The position numbers were made by a program, and so were the translations under genes. From an uncultured delta proteobacterium (GTDB lineage: Bacteria > Desulfobacterota > Binatia > UBA9968): DNA of 64,000 bases. The stretch is from the NCBI GenBank assembly GCA_963840855.1, contig CAWJBB010000061.1:119252-183251 (forward strand), given 5' to 3'. This document shows positions 19,991-31,600 of this stretch, piece by piece; the first letter of the stretch is position 1, and each line of letters starts with the position of its first letter. Under the pieces are notes generated by a model. That model had not been told where the DNA came from and made no database searches. It saw nothing but the letters and a program-made list of their open reading frames with translations.

Positions 19991-20977
19991 TTACTTAATT
20001 ACCTTGTCCGCCCGCGCCAGCACATTGGGCGGGATCGTCAGGCCGATTTGCTTGGCGGCTTTCAGATTGATGATGAACTCGAACTTTATCGGCTGCTCAA
20101 CGGGAAGGTCCGCGGGTTTCGTACCTTTAAGGATCTTGTCCACATAAGTGGCGGTGCGCCGGAACATGGCGACAATGTCAGCCGCATAAGACGTGAGGCC
20201 GCCCGTCTCAACATATTCGCTGTTTGGATACATCGCCGGCAGCCGGTTCTTGGCTGCGAGGTCTACGATCCGTGGTCGAAGGCGATCCAGCGTAGGTTGT
20301 TGCAGCCCGATAAAAGCACCGGCGCGCCCTGTTGTCATTGCCGAAAAAGCATTCTCCAAATCGTTGGGCCCTCGAACTTCTACGGGTCGAAGCTGCAGAC
20401 CCAACGCTCGCGTGGCGACCTCCAGCTCTTTTATCTGCGGGCCGTGGCCTCCAGTGCCGGGGTCCGTGAGGACAGCCACGAGGGAAAGCTGGGGAATAAT
20501 TTCTTTGAGCAGCTCTAGGCGCTTTCCCCCCAGCTCCGGCGCTAGATGGGTTAATCCTGTGATGTTACCCCCAGGCCTTGCTAGGCTCGCCCACGAACCC
20601 GAGCTCAACAGGGTCACTGCCATGCGCCATGACGACTGGGATCAGCTTGGTAGCATTCTTAGCCGCTCGAATTGCAGTAGATCCGCCGGCAACGATGACA
20701 TCAACGTTTAGACGGACTAGCTCTCCCGCCAGGTCGGGGAGCCGATCCAACTTCCCTTCCGTATATCGGGGCTCGATGGCCAAGCTCTGTCCCTCAACAT
20801 ACCCAGCTCGCGCAAACCTTGGCGGAACGCTTCAATGCGGGCGGCATCAGAGGAAGGTGAGAGCACCGATAAATACCCTATCCGATGGACTTTCTTCGGC
20901 TGCTGCGCCTCGGCGATGACTGCAACAGCAAGCAGTACCACTGCAATCAGGATCGATGGCACCGCAGCTCTCTTCAT
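19991..20977 (-). pseudogene. ABC_sub_bind gene with two frameshifts (~20800, ~20590)
   Basis: Three overlapping ORFs assemble into one full family member. Confidence 0.8.
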
Positions 20978-21185
20978 TGCCCACCTCGTTTCGAGTGTTT
21001 TGTATCACGCGGATCGAAATAAAGGAAAGTGTGACTTACGGCAGAAGGCGACCGTGCTTCGTCGAGGGGAAAAACCAGATTTTTAGCTTGAGATTGAACT
21101 GATCGACGCATCCGGCAAATCTTAAAGGATTTGATTCGTCGGAGAATTCAGTTCAATCCTGGCATCGCTGCGTGGTTTTCTGCAA
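20978..21185. repeat. Conserved ~200-bp inter-SBP spacer with hairpin (complete copy)
   Basis: CACCTCG...ATCACGCGGAT.GAAATAAAG.AAAGTGTGA...GATTGAACTGA...TCAGTTCAATCCTGGCATCG; full or partial copies at ~9960, 13035, 14105, 14560, 16649, 19935, 22171, 30060, 31158, 36668 and 38865. Confidence 0.85.
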
Positions 21186-22170
21186 TCACTTTATGACCTT
21201 GTCCGCCCGCGCCAGCACGTTGGGCGGAATCGTCACGCCTATCTGCTTGGCGGTTTTTAGATTAATCACAAACTCAAACTTCGTAGGCTGCTCCACCGGG
21301 AGATCAGCGGGCTTCGTGCCTTTGAGGATCTTATCCACGTACGTAGCCGCGCGCCGGTACAGATCCGGGACGTTGGTCCCATAGGACATCAGTCCGCCAG
21401 CCGCCACGAACTCTGTCGCCCAAAACATGGTCGGCAGCCGGTGCTCTGCCGCAATGTCTACAATTCTTGCTCTCTGCCTGAGAAACATCTGGCTCGTGAG
21501 CACGAGGAGCGTGCCGGCCCGCACTCTCTTCATCGCCGAGAGAGCACTGCCGAACTCCTTGGGATCTCGGACCTCGAAAGAGCTGAAGCTTCACTGACAA
21601 TGCTCGAGCGGCCGTCTCCACCTCTTGCAGTATGGGGGCGCTAATTGGATCCTTCGGATTTGAAAGGACGGCGACGGGGGAGAGGTCGGGGAAGGCCTCC
21701 TTGAGCAACTCGAGCCTTTTGGCGCTCAAGTCCGTGGTTAGATTGGTCAACCCCGTGATGTTCCCGCCCGGCCGTGCGAGACTTGCGACGAGCCCGCTAC
21801 CAACCGGATAGGAAACTGCTGTAAACACGATCGGGATCTTTGGGGTAGCATTCTTCGCGGCCAGGGCCGCTCCCGTAGCAGAGACAAAGATAACGTTGAC
21901 GTTAAGACGCACGAGTTCGGCCGAGAGATCGGGTAACCGATCGACCTTGCCCTCTGCACTTCGAAACTCAAAGGCGATATTCTGGCCCTCGACATAACCG
22001 AGCCTACGCAACTCCTGAAAAAACACCTCAAGAAAAGGTTCGGAGCGCGGGACGTCGAAGGTCAGAATGCCGAGCTGGAAGAGCTTCGCCGGCTGCTGAG
22101 CCTCGGCCATCAGTCCAACGACAAGCAGTGTTACTGCAATCAGGATTGATGACACACCAGCTTTTTTCAT
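21186..22170 (-). pseudogene. ABC_sub_bind gene with frameshift (~21575)
   Basis: ORFs 21331..22191 and 21186..21533 join. Confidence 0.8.
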
Positions 22171-22789
22171 TGCATACCTTGTTCTGGACATTACTTATCA
22201 CGCGGACGGAAATAAAGAAAAGTGTGATTTACCGGGGAAGGCGACAGGGATTCGTTGAGCAGCAAGGCCAGATTCACTCCGAGATTGAATTGACGACGCA
22301 ACGGACAAATCTCACAGGATTGCGTCGTCGGAGAAATCAGTTCAATTAGAAGGTTAACGCCACGCTTCACCGGAAGCGATGGTTAGACGCTCCCGACGAT
22401 GAACTGGGTAACATTTCGGAAATGGCGTGACTCGTTCGGTTTTTGCCACATCAGTTGTCGGACTGCTTCCTTTGCTTCTTCTATCCGGCCAGGATCGAGT
22501 TTTGCTGTCGTTACACCGGCTAATACTTCCCAGGCAAACGCAAAGGTATCAAATACGAATCCTAGCTCTTGAGCACCTTGATCGGAAGGTTCGCGACCGA
22601 TATCGGATCGTCAATGTTACGGGCGTTGATGGCGAGCCAATCGGAAAGCGTCGCATCGTTTTCCAGCGCTCTCGTGGTGAGTAACGCAGCCACAGTTCTT
22701 GCAGCGATAGTCCCGAGCACGTTCCATTAACACCACCACTTGTTTCCCGCCTGATCGCGTGCTCCGCTGCATGCCAAGGGTCTTTCGCT

Positions 22790-22945
22790 CCGTGACGGGG
22801 CTTTTCTTCTATAATGGCGATCAAGTAAAGGGCGAAGAAATACGCTCGTCCAAGGACCTACTCAATCCCAAATGGCGCGGCAAGATTTCGACCGACGATC
22901 CCATGGTAGCCGGAACTGGCGCGGCGAACGCGGCAATGCTCTGCT
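22790..22945 (+). pseudogene. Fragment of an Fe3+/thiamine-type ABC substrate-binding protein
   Basis: YNGDQVKGEEIRSSKDLLNPKWRGKISTDDP. Confidence 0.5.
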
Positions 22946-23057
22946 TTTCGACAAAATCCCGGTCCCCCCAGCACCATCTCGGCTAGGAGATCTTCCCACG
23001 GCGTGGCGAAACCTTGGCGGATACCGTCTTGAACGAATCCTACTTGGTTAGTGCGGG

Positions 23058-23684
23058 CTATAGCGGCTTGATTTGCACCTTGCGCCACTTGATCGCGCCG
23101 CCAGGTGTTTCCTTGGGACCGCCGCCATACTGGAGGGATAACGGTCCCTCCGCGAACTGGCCGTGCTGGATATCAGCGGTCTTGACACCATTGAGCACGA
23201 CGGTCAACTGCGAGCCCTTAGCCGTGATTTCATACGTGTTCCATTTGCCGCCTGCCTTGGGCATGGGCGATACCGGGGCGACATTGACGATGGCCCCCGT
23301 GCCATACTCCGGGCCGGCCCGCTGGTCGTAGATATTCACCTCGTAGGCGCTCTTGGAACCGATGTCCTTGGGATCAGAAATGCGAATGTAAATACCGCTG
23401 TTCGTAGTGTGGTCTGCCCAGAACTCGGCGCGAATCTGGAAGTCCTTGTAGGAGTTCTTCGACACGAGATGGCCGCCCTTGCCCTTGTCGGCCACGATCG
23501 CGCCATCCTCGGCTCGCCAGTTGGCATCGCCGGTCCGGTTCCAGTTGTCCAGGGTCTTGGGGTTGGAGCCGTCAAGAAGCGTGATCCATCCTGCGTCCCT
23601 TTGATCAGACAGCTGAGGTGAACAGCCGAGAGCGGTGAATCCGACAAAAAACAGAGCCATCGTGACGACAGAGAAGGGATTCAT
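23058..23684 (-). CDS. DUF1080 (3-keto-disaccharide hydrolase) family lipoprotein
   Basis: ALGC lipobox; GWITLLDG, YKDFQIRAEF, NSGIYIR, YEVNIYD, WNTYEITAKG. Confidence 0.85.
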   Translation of the reverse strand: MNPFSVVTMALFFVGFTALGCSPQLSDQRDAGWITLLDGSNPKTLDNWNRTGDANWRAEDGAIVADKGKGGHLVSKNSYKDFQIRAEFWADHTTNSGIYIRISDPKDIGSKSAYEVNIYDQRAGPEYGTGAIVNVAPVSPMPKAGGKWNTYEITAKGSQLTVVLNGVKTADIQHGQFAEGPLSLQYGGGPKETPGGAIKWRKVQIKPL

Positions 23685-23734
23685 TGTGATCTCCTCCTTC
23701 GTTATGGGTTATTGTCAAGGTTCTGAAATCTGCG

Positions 23735-25128
23735 TGTCACCGAACAATTAAAAGTGCACTGGTTTAAACTTTAAAAGTGCACTAATTGTCTTCTTTGGGT
23801 TTTCATCATCCATTGAACCAGGGAGGACAAGATGGGCAAGCATCTGCGCAAGCTTTTTTCGGTAGACCAGGTAAAGGAAGTGTTTCAGAGGTATCTATCA
23901 CGGCAGATCGCAGTGGATCAGGCATCGGCAATACTCAAGATTCGAAGGCGTCAGTTTTTCAAATTGTTGAAGCTTTATCGGGAGGGGCCAGAGAGTTTTT
24001 CCTTGGATTACACAAGAAAGGCACCTCCTCGGAAGATCGATGCCAAAGCAGAGGCAAGGATCATGCAGGAACTGAAGAAAGAGACCGAGATCATTGGGGA
24101 CAAGCGCAATCCGGTGCGGTTCTACAACTACAGTTATGTGAAAGAGGTCCTGGAGAAGAAGCACAAAGTGAGTGTGTCTTTGCCGACGATCATCCGGCGG
24201 GCGAAAAAAATGGGCATTACCAGCAAAGGCCATCTAGAAAGGCCCACGACCGGGAGATCCTGACCAACTATGTGGGAGAACTTCTCCAGCATGATACCTC
24301 CTACCATCTGTGGTCTCCGCTGGCACAAACCAAGTGGTATCTCATCACGACCATCGACGATCACAGCCGTAGGATTTTGCATGGGGAGCTGTGGGACAAG
24401 GAGACCTCCTGGACCCATATCGTGGCTCAGAAGGCCGTGCTGACGCAGTTTGGCTGTCCGTTGAAGTACTATGTCGACAATCATTCGATCTTCCGCTACG
24501 TGGAGAAAAGAGACAGCGTGTGGAGGAAGTTTGACACTCCAGAGGAGCAAGCCTTGGTCCAGTGGAAGGAGGTTCTTAAAGACTTAAGCATCGAGGTGGT
24601 TTATGCCTTGAGTCCTGCCGCCAAGGGAAAAGTGGAGCGGCCCTACCAATGGCTGCAGGATCACCTGGTCAGGACGTGTGTCCGGGAGGGAATCACAAGC
24701 ATCAATCAAGGTCGGCAAGTGCTCTATGAAGAGCTTCATCAGTACAACTACAAACGGGTTCACTCCACTACCGGAGAAATCCCGGTCCTTCGCTATGACA
24801 AGGCTCTTGAGGAAAACAGAGGCCTGTTTCGGAGATTTGAAATCCCCCGACCGTATCAGACCCTTGATGATATTTTCTGTTACCGATTCAAAAGGACGGT
24901 GGACCCTTATCGAAAGGTCTCCTGGAACACACTGAAGTTCAGCGTTTCGGGTGTTCCTATTCGTGAAGAAGTGGAACTGCGGATCAGTTTCAACCTTAAA
25001 ACCCGGCTGGCCCTCATTCGATTCTGGTATCAGGAAAAGCTCGTGGGAGAGCGACAAGTCAAAGCCGAGGATCTCAAGAAAGTGCACTTTTAAATGTTCA
25101 ACAGTGCACTTTTAAAAGTTTCCCAACA
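23735..25128 (+). mobile_element. IS1202-family (ISNCY) insertion sequence; transposase 23832..25093 with frameshift ~24240
   Basis: TGT...ACA termini; doubled TAAAAGTGCACT motifs inverted at each end; 16-bp TSD GGTTCTGAAATCTGCG (23719-34 / 25129-44); DDE motifs LQHDTS, IDDHSR, YVDNHS, KGKVER. Confidence 0.88.
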
Positions 25129-26090
25129 GGTTCTGAAATCTGCGCCGCCGCGTAAGGGTGAGTGATCGAGGGTTTTTGAGATGCGGCCACGCAGAACCCC
25201 AGAGTTCTCGCAAGACCATATGCAGCGCCCACGTTCAGGACGCTTGAACCACGCGAAAAAGATGACCCGGCATCTGAGCTGCTTGTTTTCGGGGTGGAGA
25301 CTATCGGATATGATAGCGTTATGTCAACTTAAACGTTGACGCCTGGGTTGAGTCAATTGACTTAGATGCTTCCCTTCGCCAGATCCTGAAACCACATTCG
25401 GATCTTCGGTTCAGTCTCGATCTTTTCCATATCGCTCAGCAATCGCGCCTCGCCAACCCTCAAACCGCTCACCGATCATGCGCTGCGTAAGCCCCTGTAT
25501 TCGATGCAATAGTTTCATCACTCACCGTCCACTTCAAGCAATCGCGATTTGTGATTTTGCATTATGCGAACCTACTGCTGCTACTGGACGGCTGAAGCGT
25601 GCGAGTCAGATTACGCCATTATCACGAAGCGGCTTGCAAGCGAACCCGAGGTGCGTCTCACAAGGGTTGGTTGTGAAGAGGTGGACTGGAAAACGCTCCT
25701 TGGAGATATAGCTTTGCTATGCGCGAACTGCCATCGCTAAACGTCGGTTAGACATCAACGAAGTGCGAAAGTTTATTGCTCCCGGTTTGATCGGTGTTGA
25801 GCAGACAACGAATGACACCAGCGAGGCACTAAGCTCGTTTCCATAAAACCTCTAAGTCATAACGTTGCTACGCTAATTCAGGGCCAAACCGCCCGCCTCG
25901 CCCTTTCTGCCCGAAATCACACAAGTTCAGCCTAGAGCAATCTTGAATTTCTAGGCACACGCCACCCAAAACAACCGCACATCCGCTCGGCATACCGTTG
26001 GCTCTAGAGAGTCCGCGTGCCGTTATGGCTGCGCTCTCTGAACGAAAGCGAGCAAGGATCATTCACTAAGAGGAGAATAGCTAGCTCCCC

Positions 26091-26354
26091 ATGCAAATTA
26101 CGCAAGTCAAAATTTTCCAGATCGACGGGGGTAACCTAGTCGCTTACGCCGATATTACAATCGACGATTGTTTTCGTGTGCGAGGCCTTAAAATCTTCCG
26201 CCGCCCAACCGGATACTCTATCGCTATGCCTCAGGCGAAACTAAACAAGGGCAAGTACAAGGAAATTGCTTTTGCGTTAGATGCTAAGACACGGAAGATG
26301 ATCGAGGACACAGTGATTGCTGAATACGAAAAGGTAGCTGGAAAGCGAAAATAG
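26091..26354 (+). CDS. spoVG: SpoVG family nucleic-acid-binding protein
   Basis: MQITQVKIF...LVAYADITIDDCFRVRGLKI...IAMP...YKEIAF...IEDTVIAEY. Confidence 0.8.
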   Translation: MQITQVKIFQIDGGNLVAYADITIDDCFRVRGLKIFRRPTGYSIAMPQAKLNKGKYKEIAFALDAKTRKMIEDTVIAEYEKVAGKRK

Positions 26355-26366
26355 TGAGGAATTTCG

Positions 26367-26600
26367 ATGAGCAGTTTACTGTACAAACGACACTCTATCA
26401 TTTACGGCGCTGCACTGGACGAGTTCACCGGGAGATATGCCCCGACCGGTCAAATCGTTTGGCACAGTCGTAAAGGCAAGCATGGGACGCATTCCTTTGC
26501 TCTGTCGGCACTATTTTCTACGGCTGACGAGGCAAAAGTCGTGGCGGAAGAAGAGGCGAAGACGTGGGCTGAGCGCCGCCTAGTAGATGTGAGGCCATAG
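26367..26600 (+). CDS. Hypothetical protein
   Basis: RBS GAGGA; co-oriented immediately after spoVG. Confidence 0.5.
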   Translation: MSSLLYKRHSIIYGAALDEFTGRYAPTGQIVWHSRKGKHGTHSFALSALFSTADEAKVVAEEEAKTWAERRLVDVRP

Positions 26601-26602
26601 CG

Positions 26603-26851
26603 ATGCAGTTGCGGCCTTCCCCAATAACATTGCGAAACGTTTGCAACTGGCCTCCGGCATGGGTGCGCTTGGGTCGGGCACACACCAGAGCGGCCAAGAC
26701 AATTGCCGGCGAAATCGGCGTTCTGAAAGAGGTGCGTTGTTACGAGGATCGTCCCAGCAGAATCTACCTGACAGTCGATCATGGCCGCACCGCTTACGCC
26801 ATCCAAGCGGTTGGTACTTCGGAGCTGCCGTATGAGGAGAAGCGGAAATGA
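26603..26851 (+). CDS. Hypothetical protein
   Basis: Tightly packed after the previous gene; ATGA overlap with the next ORF. Confidence 0.4.
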   Translation: MQLRPSPITLRNVCNWPPAWVRLGRAHTRAAKTIAGEIGVLKEVRCYEDRPSRIYLTVDHGRTAYAIQAVGTSELPYEEKRK

Positions 26852-27045
26852 GCATAAGCACAAACACAGATCATGAAAAGCGAAAGACAGAAGTAAAAGT
26901 GCGTTGCCAAGAATGTGAAAGCGAAACAATTCCAGAAGGACTGTACTGCATGAATTGCGGCCATATCCCAGATTGGAGGAGTAGCAATGGGCGAGGCCTC
27001 GGCCAGCTCGGCTATGACCCAGACCGGCGCGACTCGTCCCGATAG
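26848..27045 (+). CDS. Small zinc-ribbon protein
   Basis: CQEC...CMNCG. Confidence 0.45.
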   Translation: MSISTNTDHEKRKTEVKVRCQECESETIPEGLYCMNCGHIPDWRSSNGRGLGQLGYDPDRRDSSR

Positions 27046-27193
27046 CGCTGTCCTGAAAGAGAGAAAAGATTACTTAGGATTTGCCCAATGGCCACGATTC
27101 CTGACGCCAAACAACGGTTGATGGGTTCCCACTGTTACTGGTTGCGACAAGTTATCCCTACGAATGGCTTGCGTTACCGGACCATGGATACGC

Positions 27194-28150
27194 TTATTGA
27201 GGGCTATCTACCCAGCTGAGATCTTTCTCGTACCCAAGTGAAATCAACATGTCACCCGCCTGCCGAGCGAAAGCTTTTTTTTCTTTAACACCGAGCCTCC
27301 TCCTCCAAACCCCCGTGCTGGTATTGTAAATGGCGCGCTTTGACAGGAGTTTTTCAGGGTCACCGTCCAAACCAAGAAAGACCAAAATCGTCGAGAGCGT
27401 GTTTCTTGGATCTTCGATAAGACTTTCGTATCTAAGCTCCAGGTACCGGACAAAGCCCGGGTCTACGCCGTTACGCCCGAGAGCAAGAAGACTGCGCCAG
27501 CGCGCGGCTGCCTCAGGTACAGTGGTTGGCCCCCACGGCAGATTCAGGTTGGAACACGCGACGTCCCTTCCATCCCGAATGATGTGGATAACCCGCGCGA
27601 AGGGAAAGAGCTTTGGAATGCGACAAAGATAGCGCAACAGGCCCGGCGTCTTATTGATCCAATAGGGCTTCTTTGTCCTGCCACAGTGGAAGGAAAAGAG
27701 CCTATACACGTATTCTCTTGCCAGCCGATAAACATCTTCTTCCGTGAGAGGTCCCGCCTGAAGAGTTTTGAGCCACCGATCCGTTTCGCGTTCGAATTCC
27801 TCCCGCCAGTAGTGAATGCCTGATGGAAAGTCTCTGTTCGTCTGCCTGCCGGTTGCAGGATCGATTGTCCATTCATCGAACGAAAGGACCTTTTGATGAA
27901 ATTTCTCGCACTCAGATCGAAAGCGATGCACTATTTGCGCTTCCCCGGTATACGAAACGACTCTCCGCGAGAGAGAATCGCCCCAGAACCAGCACGCTTT
28001 CTCACAATGTAGGAGTAGATTTCTCAAGAACTTCGTTTCGTAGAGCGCCGACAGAAGCGGATGCTCTCCTAGCAGTGTCACAAGCAGCGTCGTTCCCGAC
28101 CGCGGAACCCCCACGATAAATGTCGGCGCAAAAGAATTGGAGTTGTTCAT
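27194..28150 (-). CDS. Sulfotransferase family protein
   Basis: FIVGVPRSGTTLL (PAPS-binding), WINKTP, IHIIRDGRDVACS, LRYESL. Confidence 0.9.
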   Translation of the reverse strand: MNNSNSFAPTFIVGVPRSGTTLLVTLLGEHPLLSALYETKFLRNLLLHCEKACWFWGDSLSRRVVSYTGEAQIVHRFRSECEKFHQKVLSFDEWTIDPATGRQTNRDFPSGIHYWREEFERETDRWLKTLQAGPLTEEDVYRLAREYVYRLFSFHCGRTKKPYWINKTPGLLRYLCRIPKLFPFARVIHIIRDGRDVACSNLNLPWGPTTVPEAAARWRSLLALGRNGVDPGFVRYLELRYESLIEDPRNTLSTILVFLGLDGDPEKLLSKRAIYNTSTGVWRRRLGVKEKKAFARQAGDMLISLGYEKDLSWVDSPQ

Positions 28151-28470
28151 TACGGATCCCAGAAAATCAGTTGACCGTAAGCCGCCGACGCGAGCAACGG
28201 CCGCTTCGATCTAGCGCTCGCGGGGATCCACTGGATGTCGCTGATCGTGCTCGCATGCTCAGGATAATCGCGGAGCAAAACTCCATCCGAGGTCCATAGT
28301 CGAACTTTTCTACCGGCGGCGGACGCTAGCAACGCGTCGCTCCCAAGCCCGCCATTGCACGCCATCGTCTCCACCCAGGCAGCGCCACCGTCCAGGGTTC
28401 GCTGCTCTGCACAGTTAACCAAATTCCAGAATTTGATTTTGCCGTCTTGGCCGGGCGCTGGCGAAGCGGT
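28150..28470 (-). pseudogene. WD40-repeat protein fragment
   Basis: GQDGKIKFWN...LLASAAGRKVRLW...HASTISDIQW. Confidence 0.6.
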
Positions 28471-29487
28471 TACCGTCGGCACTCCAACCGACCTTCGACG
28501 TGCCGAAACAATGAGGTTGCAATAACATTGATGCAATACAACAAAGATTTACTCGGCGAATTATCCATCAATACGTTGGTGGCAGACCTGGGAAAGCAAT
28601 GGAACGTAAGGGAAATGAGCCGTCAAGAAGCCCGATCGTTCGAGATGCTGGAAGGGTTTTAGGCCATGGCGCGCAGCGGAGTACGGCCAGGAATTCCCAT
28701 TCCATTAACCGCGTCGTCAAATGCGCCTGGCCTCAAACCAGAGCCCAGGAAGCCCACGCCAAACGCCTCTACTTAGAGAAACAATTCGTAGCTCTACGTC
28801 ACGGAGCGCTATGCCGCCACTTGTGCAATCGGCGATCGTCCCTGCGACCCAGATTATTGTACCCCGCTTCGCGAGCTTTAGGTCTGGATAATGCTCAGCA
28901 TTAACATTGACATAAATCCCATGTAGTAGCCACTGTCCTGCAGCATAAGACGAATGTCTCGGCCCCTGCGACGTGCGTCATATAGTTTCGTCTGCCACTG
29001 CACCTTTAGGCCATCAAACTCGTGAGCACGGTTATTTCTATTAATGGGTGCTGCAGTGTTGATTTGGTTTTGGATCTCTTTTGGTAGAGGGCGCGTAAGA
29101 AACTGCTCTTGGTCAAATGGAGGTGGGGATGATGTGACGTTTTTCAACGCGCGAAAACGGTATGGAGACAGCGCGCCTAGCGCGCCGAGTAACATTCCCC
29201 TACGCGATCGAACGCCCAATCCTTGTTCCGATGTAACCATCCAAACATGCGTGTTGGTTCCGTCTTGTAGTAGGTCATGATTCTCGCATGGCCAAAAAAG
29301 CAAAAACGAAACTGGGCAAACGAACAATAGTCACCACAACAGAGCAGGATTTTCAGAATGCGCTAGAGGTCCTTAGATCGTGCAATTAAGCAATTCCTAA
29401 AGCAAATCCGACTGTATTAGGGGAGCGTAGATGAGCAAACCCCGTGCCATTTATGCGGAAAGATGGCATTGCTTGCTTTTCATGAAG

Positions 29488-29870
29488 TTAGCGATGAAAG
29501 CATCGGGCGGGATGTTGTCTTATGTAGGGAATTAGACGCCTGAGTGTTCGGGTTTTACTGCCACGCGAGACCGGACAATGCTCACGACTTTCGTCTAATT
29601 TGAAAGGTTTGGGTATAAGGGCTTGAATCCCCTCCCTTTCGCACCGGGCCTGGGTCTCGGGGTCGTGATAGTCACTGGTAAATATAACCTTCACTTGGGG
29701 GTTTATCTGCTGCAGGCGGGAATGCATCATCCGTCCGTCCATCTCTGGTAACTCTATATCGCTCAAGATCACATCGATTTGGTCCTTGTGATGTTCGTAA
29801 ACGGCAATGGCCTCGGGACCGTCCTGCGCCGTCATAGTTAGCGGCTCATCGTCAACAAGGAGTATCGCGT
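29488..29870 (-). pseudogene. Response-regulator receiver domain (degenerate)
   Basis: ILLVDDEP upstream; DVILSDIELPEMDG; IPKPF. Confidence 0.65.
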
Positions 29871-30110
29871 CTTTGTGCCTTTTTTGTCACCGCAAAAGGC
29901 TATCATGCCCTGCGGCTCGCCTTGAATCCTGAACCTATTTTGAATCCTGAAACCTATTTTCAGTACTACTGCCAATCGTGGACGAACGGCGTCTTTGGGC
30001 AGGCGTCCTAATTCTGGCGATCAGGATCGTGAAAATGCGACACGTTGTTTGCGGACTACGTTGATGGAGAATTCAGTTCAATCCTGGCATCGCCGCTTGG
30101 TTTGCTGCGA

Positions 30111-31093
30111 TCACTTAATCACCTTGTCCGCTCGCACGAGCACATTTGGCGGGATCGTGAGGCCGATCTGCTTAGCTGCTTTCAGATTGATGATGAACTC
30201 AAACTTCGTCGGTTGCTCCACGGGGAGATCGGCGGGCTTCGCGCCTTTCAGAATTTTGTCCACATAAGTAGCAGCGCGCCGATACAAGTCGCTGGCGTTC
30301 ACACCATATGACATCAGTCCCCGGCCTCCACTTCTTGTGCACTTTCGTAAATCACTGGAAGCTGACTCTTTACTGCGAGTGCTGCAACCTCTGTTCGGTG
30401 AGCAGACAAGCTGGGGCCCGGCACCCGGAAAAGGACGGCGTCAGCGCGTCCCTTGGCTGCATCTCGGAATGCGGTCTCAAAATCTTTGGGACTTACGATG
30501 TTCAGGGATTGAAGCTTCACTCCGAGTGGTCTTGCGGCGATCTCGATCTCTTTTAACACTAGCGCATAGTCCGCACTCCCTGAACTCGCGAACAGGGCCA
30601 CGCGCGATAGCTTTGGAACGATCTCCTTCAGAAGCTCCAGCCGTTTTCCACTTAGCTCCGGGCGAAGGATTGCCAATCCAGTAATGTTCCCTCCCGGCCG
30701 CGCAAGGCTGGCGACTAAACCGCTTCCAACAGGATCGCCACCCCGCACCATGACAATTGGGATTGCGGCGGTCGCCTCCTTGGCTGCGCGTATCTCTCCC
30801 GAACCGATTGCAACGATGACGTCTACCTTGAGACGCACCAGTTCGGCCGCGAGCGCGGGATTGCGATCTAGTTTTCCTTCATTAGCTCGCCATTCAATGA
30901 CAAGGTTTTTTCCTTCCACGTAGCCGAGGTCGCGCAGACCCTCCCGGAATGCCTCGCTATAGGACCGGTTAGCCGAAGTGGAGGGAGTTAGGTATCCTAT
31001 CCGCGGCACTTTCTTCGGCTGCTGCGCGTCGGCGGGAAAGCAAAGCGCAAAGAGCATGGCGCAAAGCGTAAGGACCGTGATTTTTCTCGTCAT
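30111..31093 (-). pseudogene. ABC_sub_bind gene with frameshift (~30315)
   Basis: ORFs 30314..31189 and 30111..30314 join at AGG/LMSYG. Confidence 0.8.
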
Positions 31094-31600
31094 GCTTTTC
31101 TCTGCTCTTTCCACGCGACACTCGACCCTCGACACTCGACCGTTATCACTTGATTCATTGCGCACCTCGTTTCGAGCGTTACTTATCACGCGGATGGAGA
31201 TAAAGGAAAGTGTGATTTACACGACAGAAGGCTAAAGGTATTCCGTCGAGTGGGAAAACCAGATTTTTAGCCTGAGATTGAGTTGATCGACGCTTCAGTT
31301 CAATCGGATGGTGGATACACCTTTTTGATTGGTAGTCAGAAGGGCTGCCGTACTGCGTATCTACTTTGGACTCTTTTGTAGCTGTCCGGGACGTGTCCGG
31401 GTCCGCGTGAATCGAACCGAACCGCCGACACGAGGCAAAAAAACCGAAGATCGCCAAGTGATATGCAGTGATAAATCTTTTCAGATCAACGACTTCACAT
31501 CCGCTCCGGTTTCACTGAGTGAGAAGGATTGCTAACCAGGTTTGGAACAAAAACCGGAACAATTCTTCGGCTAGGTTTCCTGCTTGATCCAAGTTGCGCT

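Noticed and set aside
1700-30320. Numerous frameshifts as programmed recoding or systematic pseudogenisation
   Set aside because: Single indels also hit housekeeping-type genes (HAD, transglutaminase, PhnD-like), so long-read assembly error is at least as likely. Reads are needed to decide.
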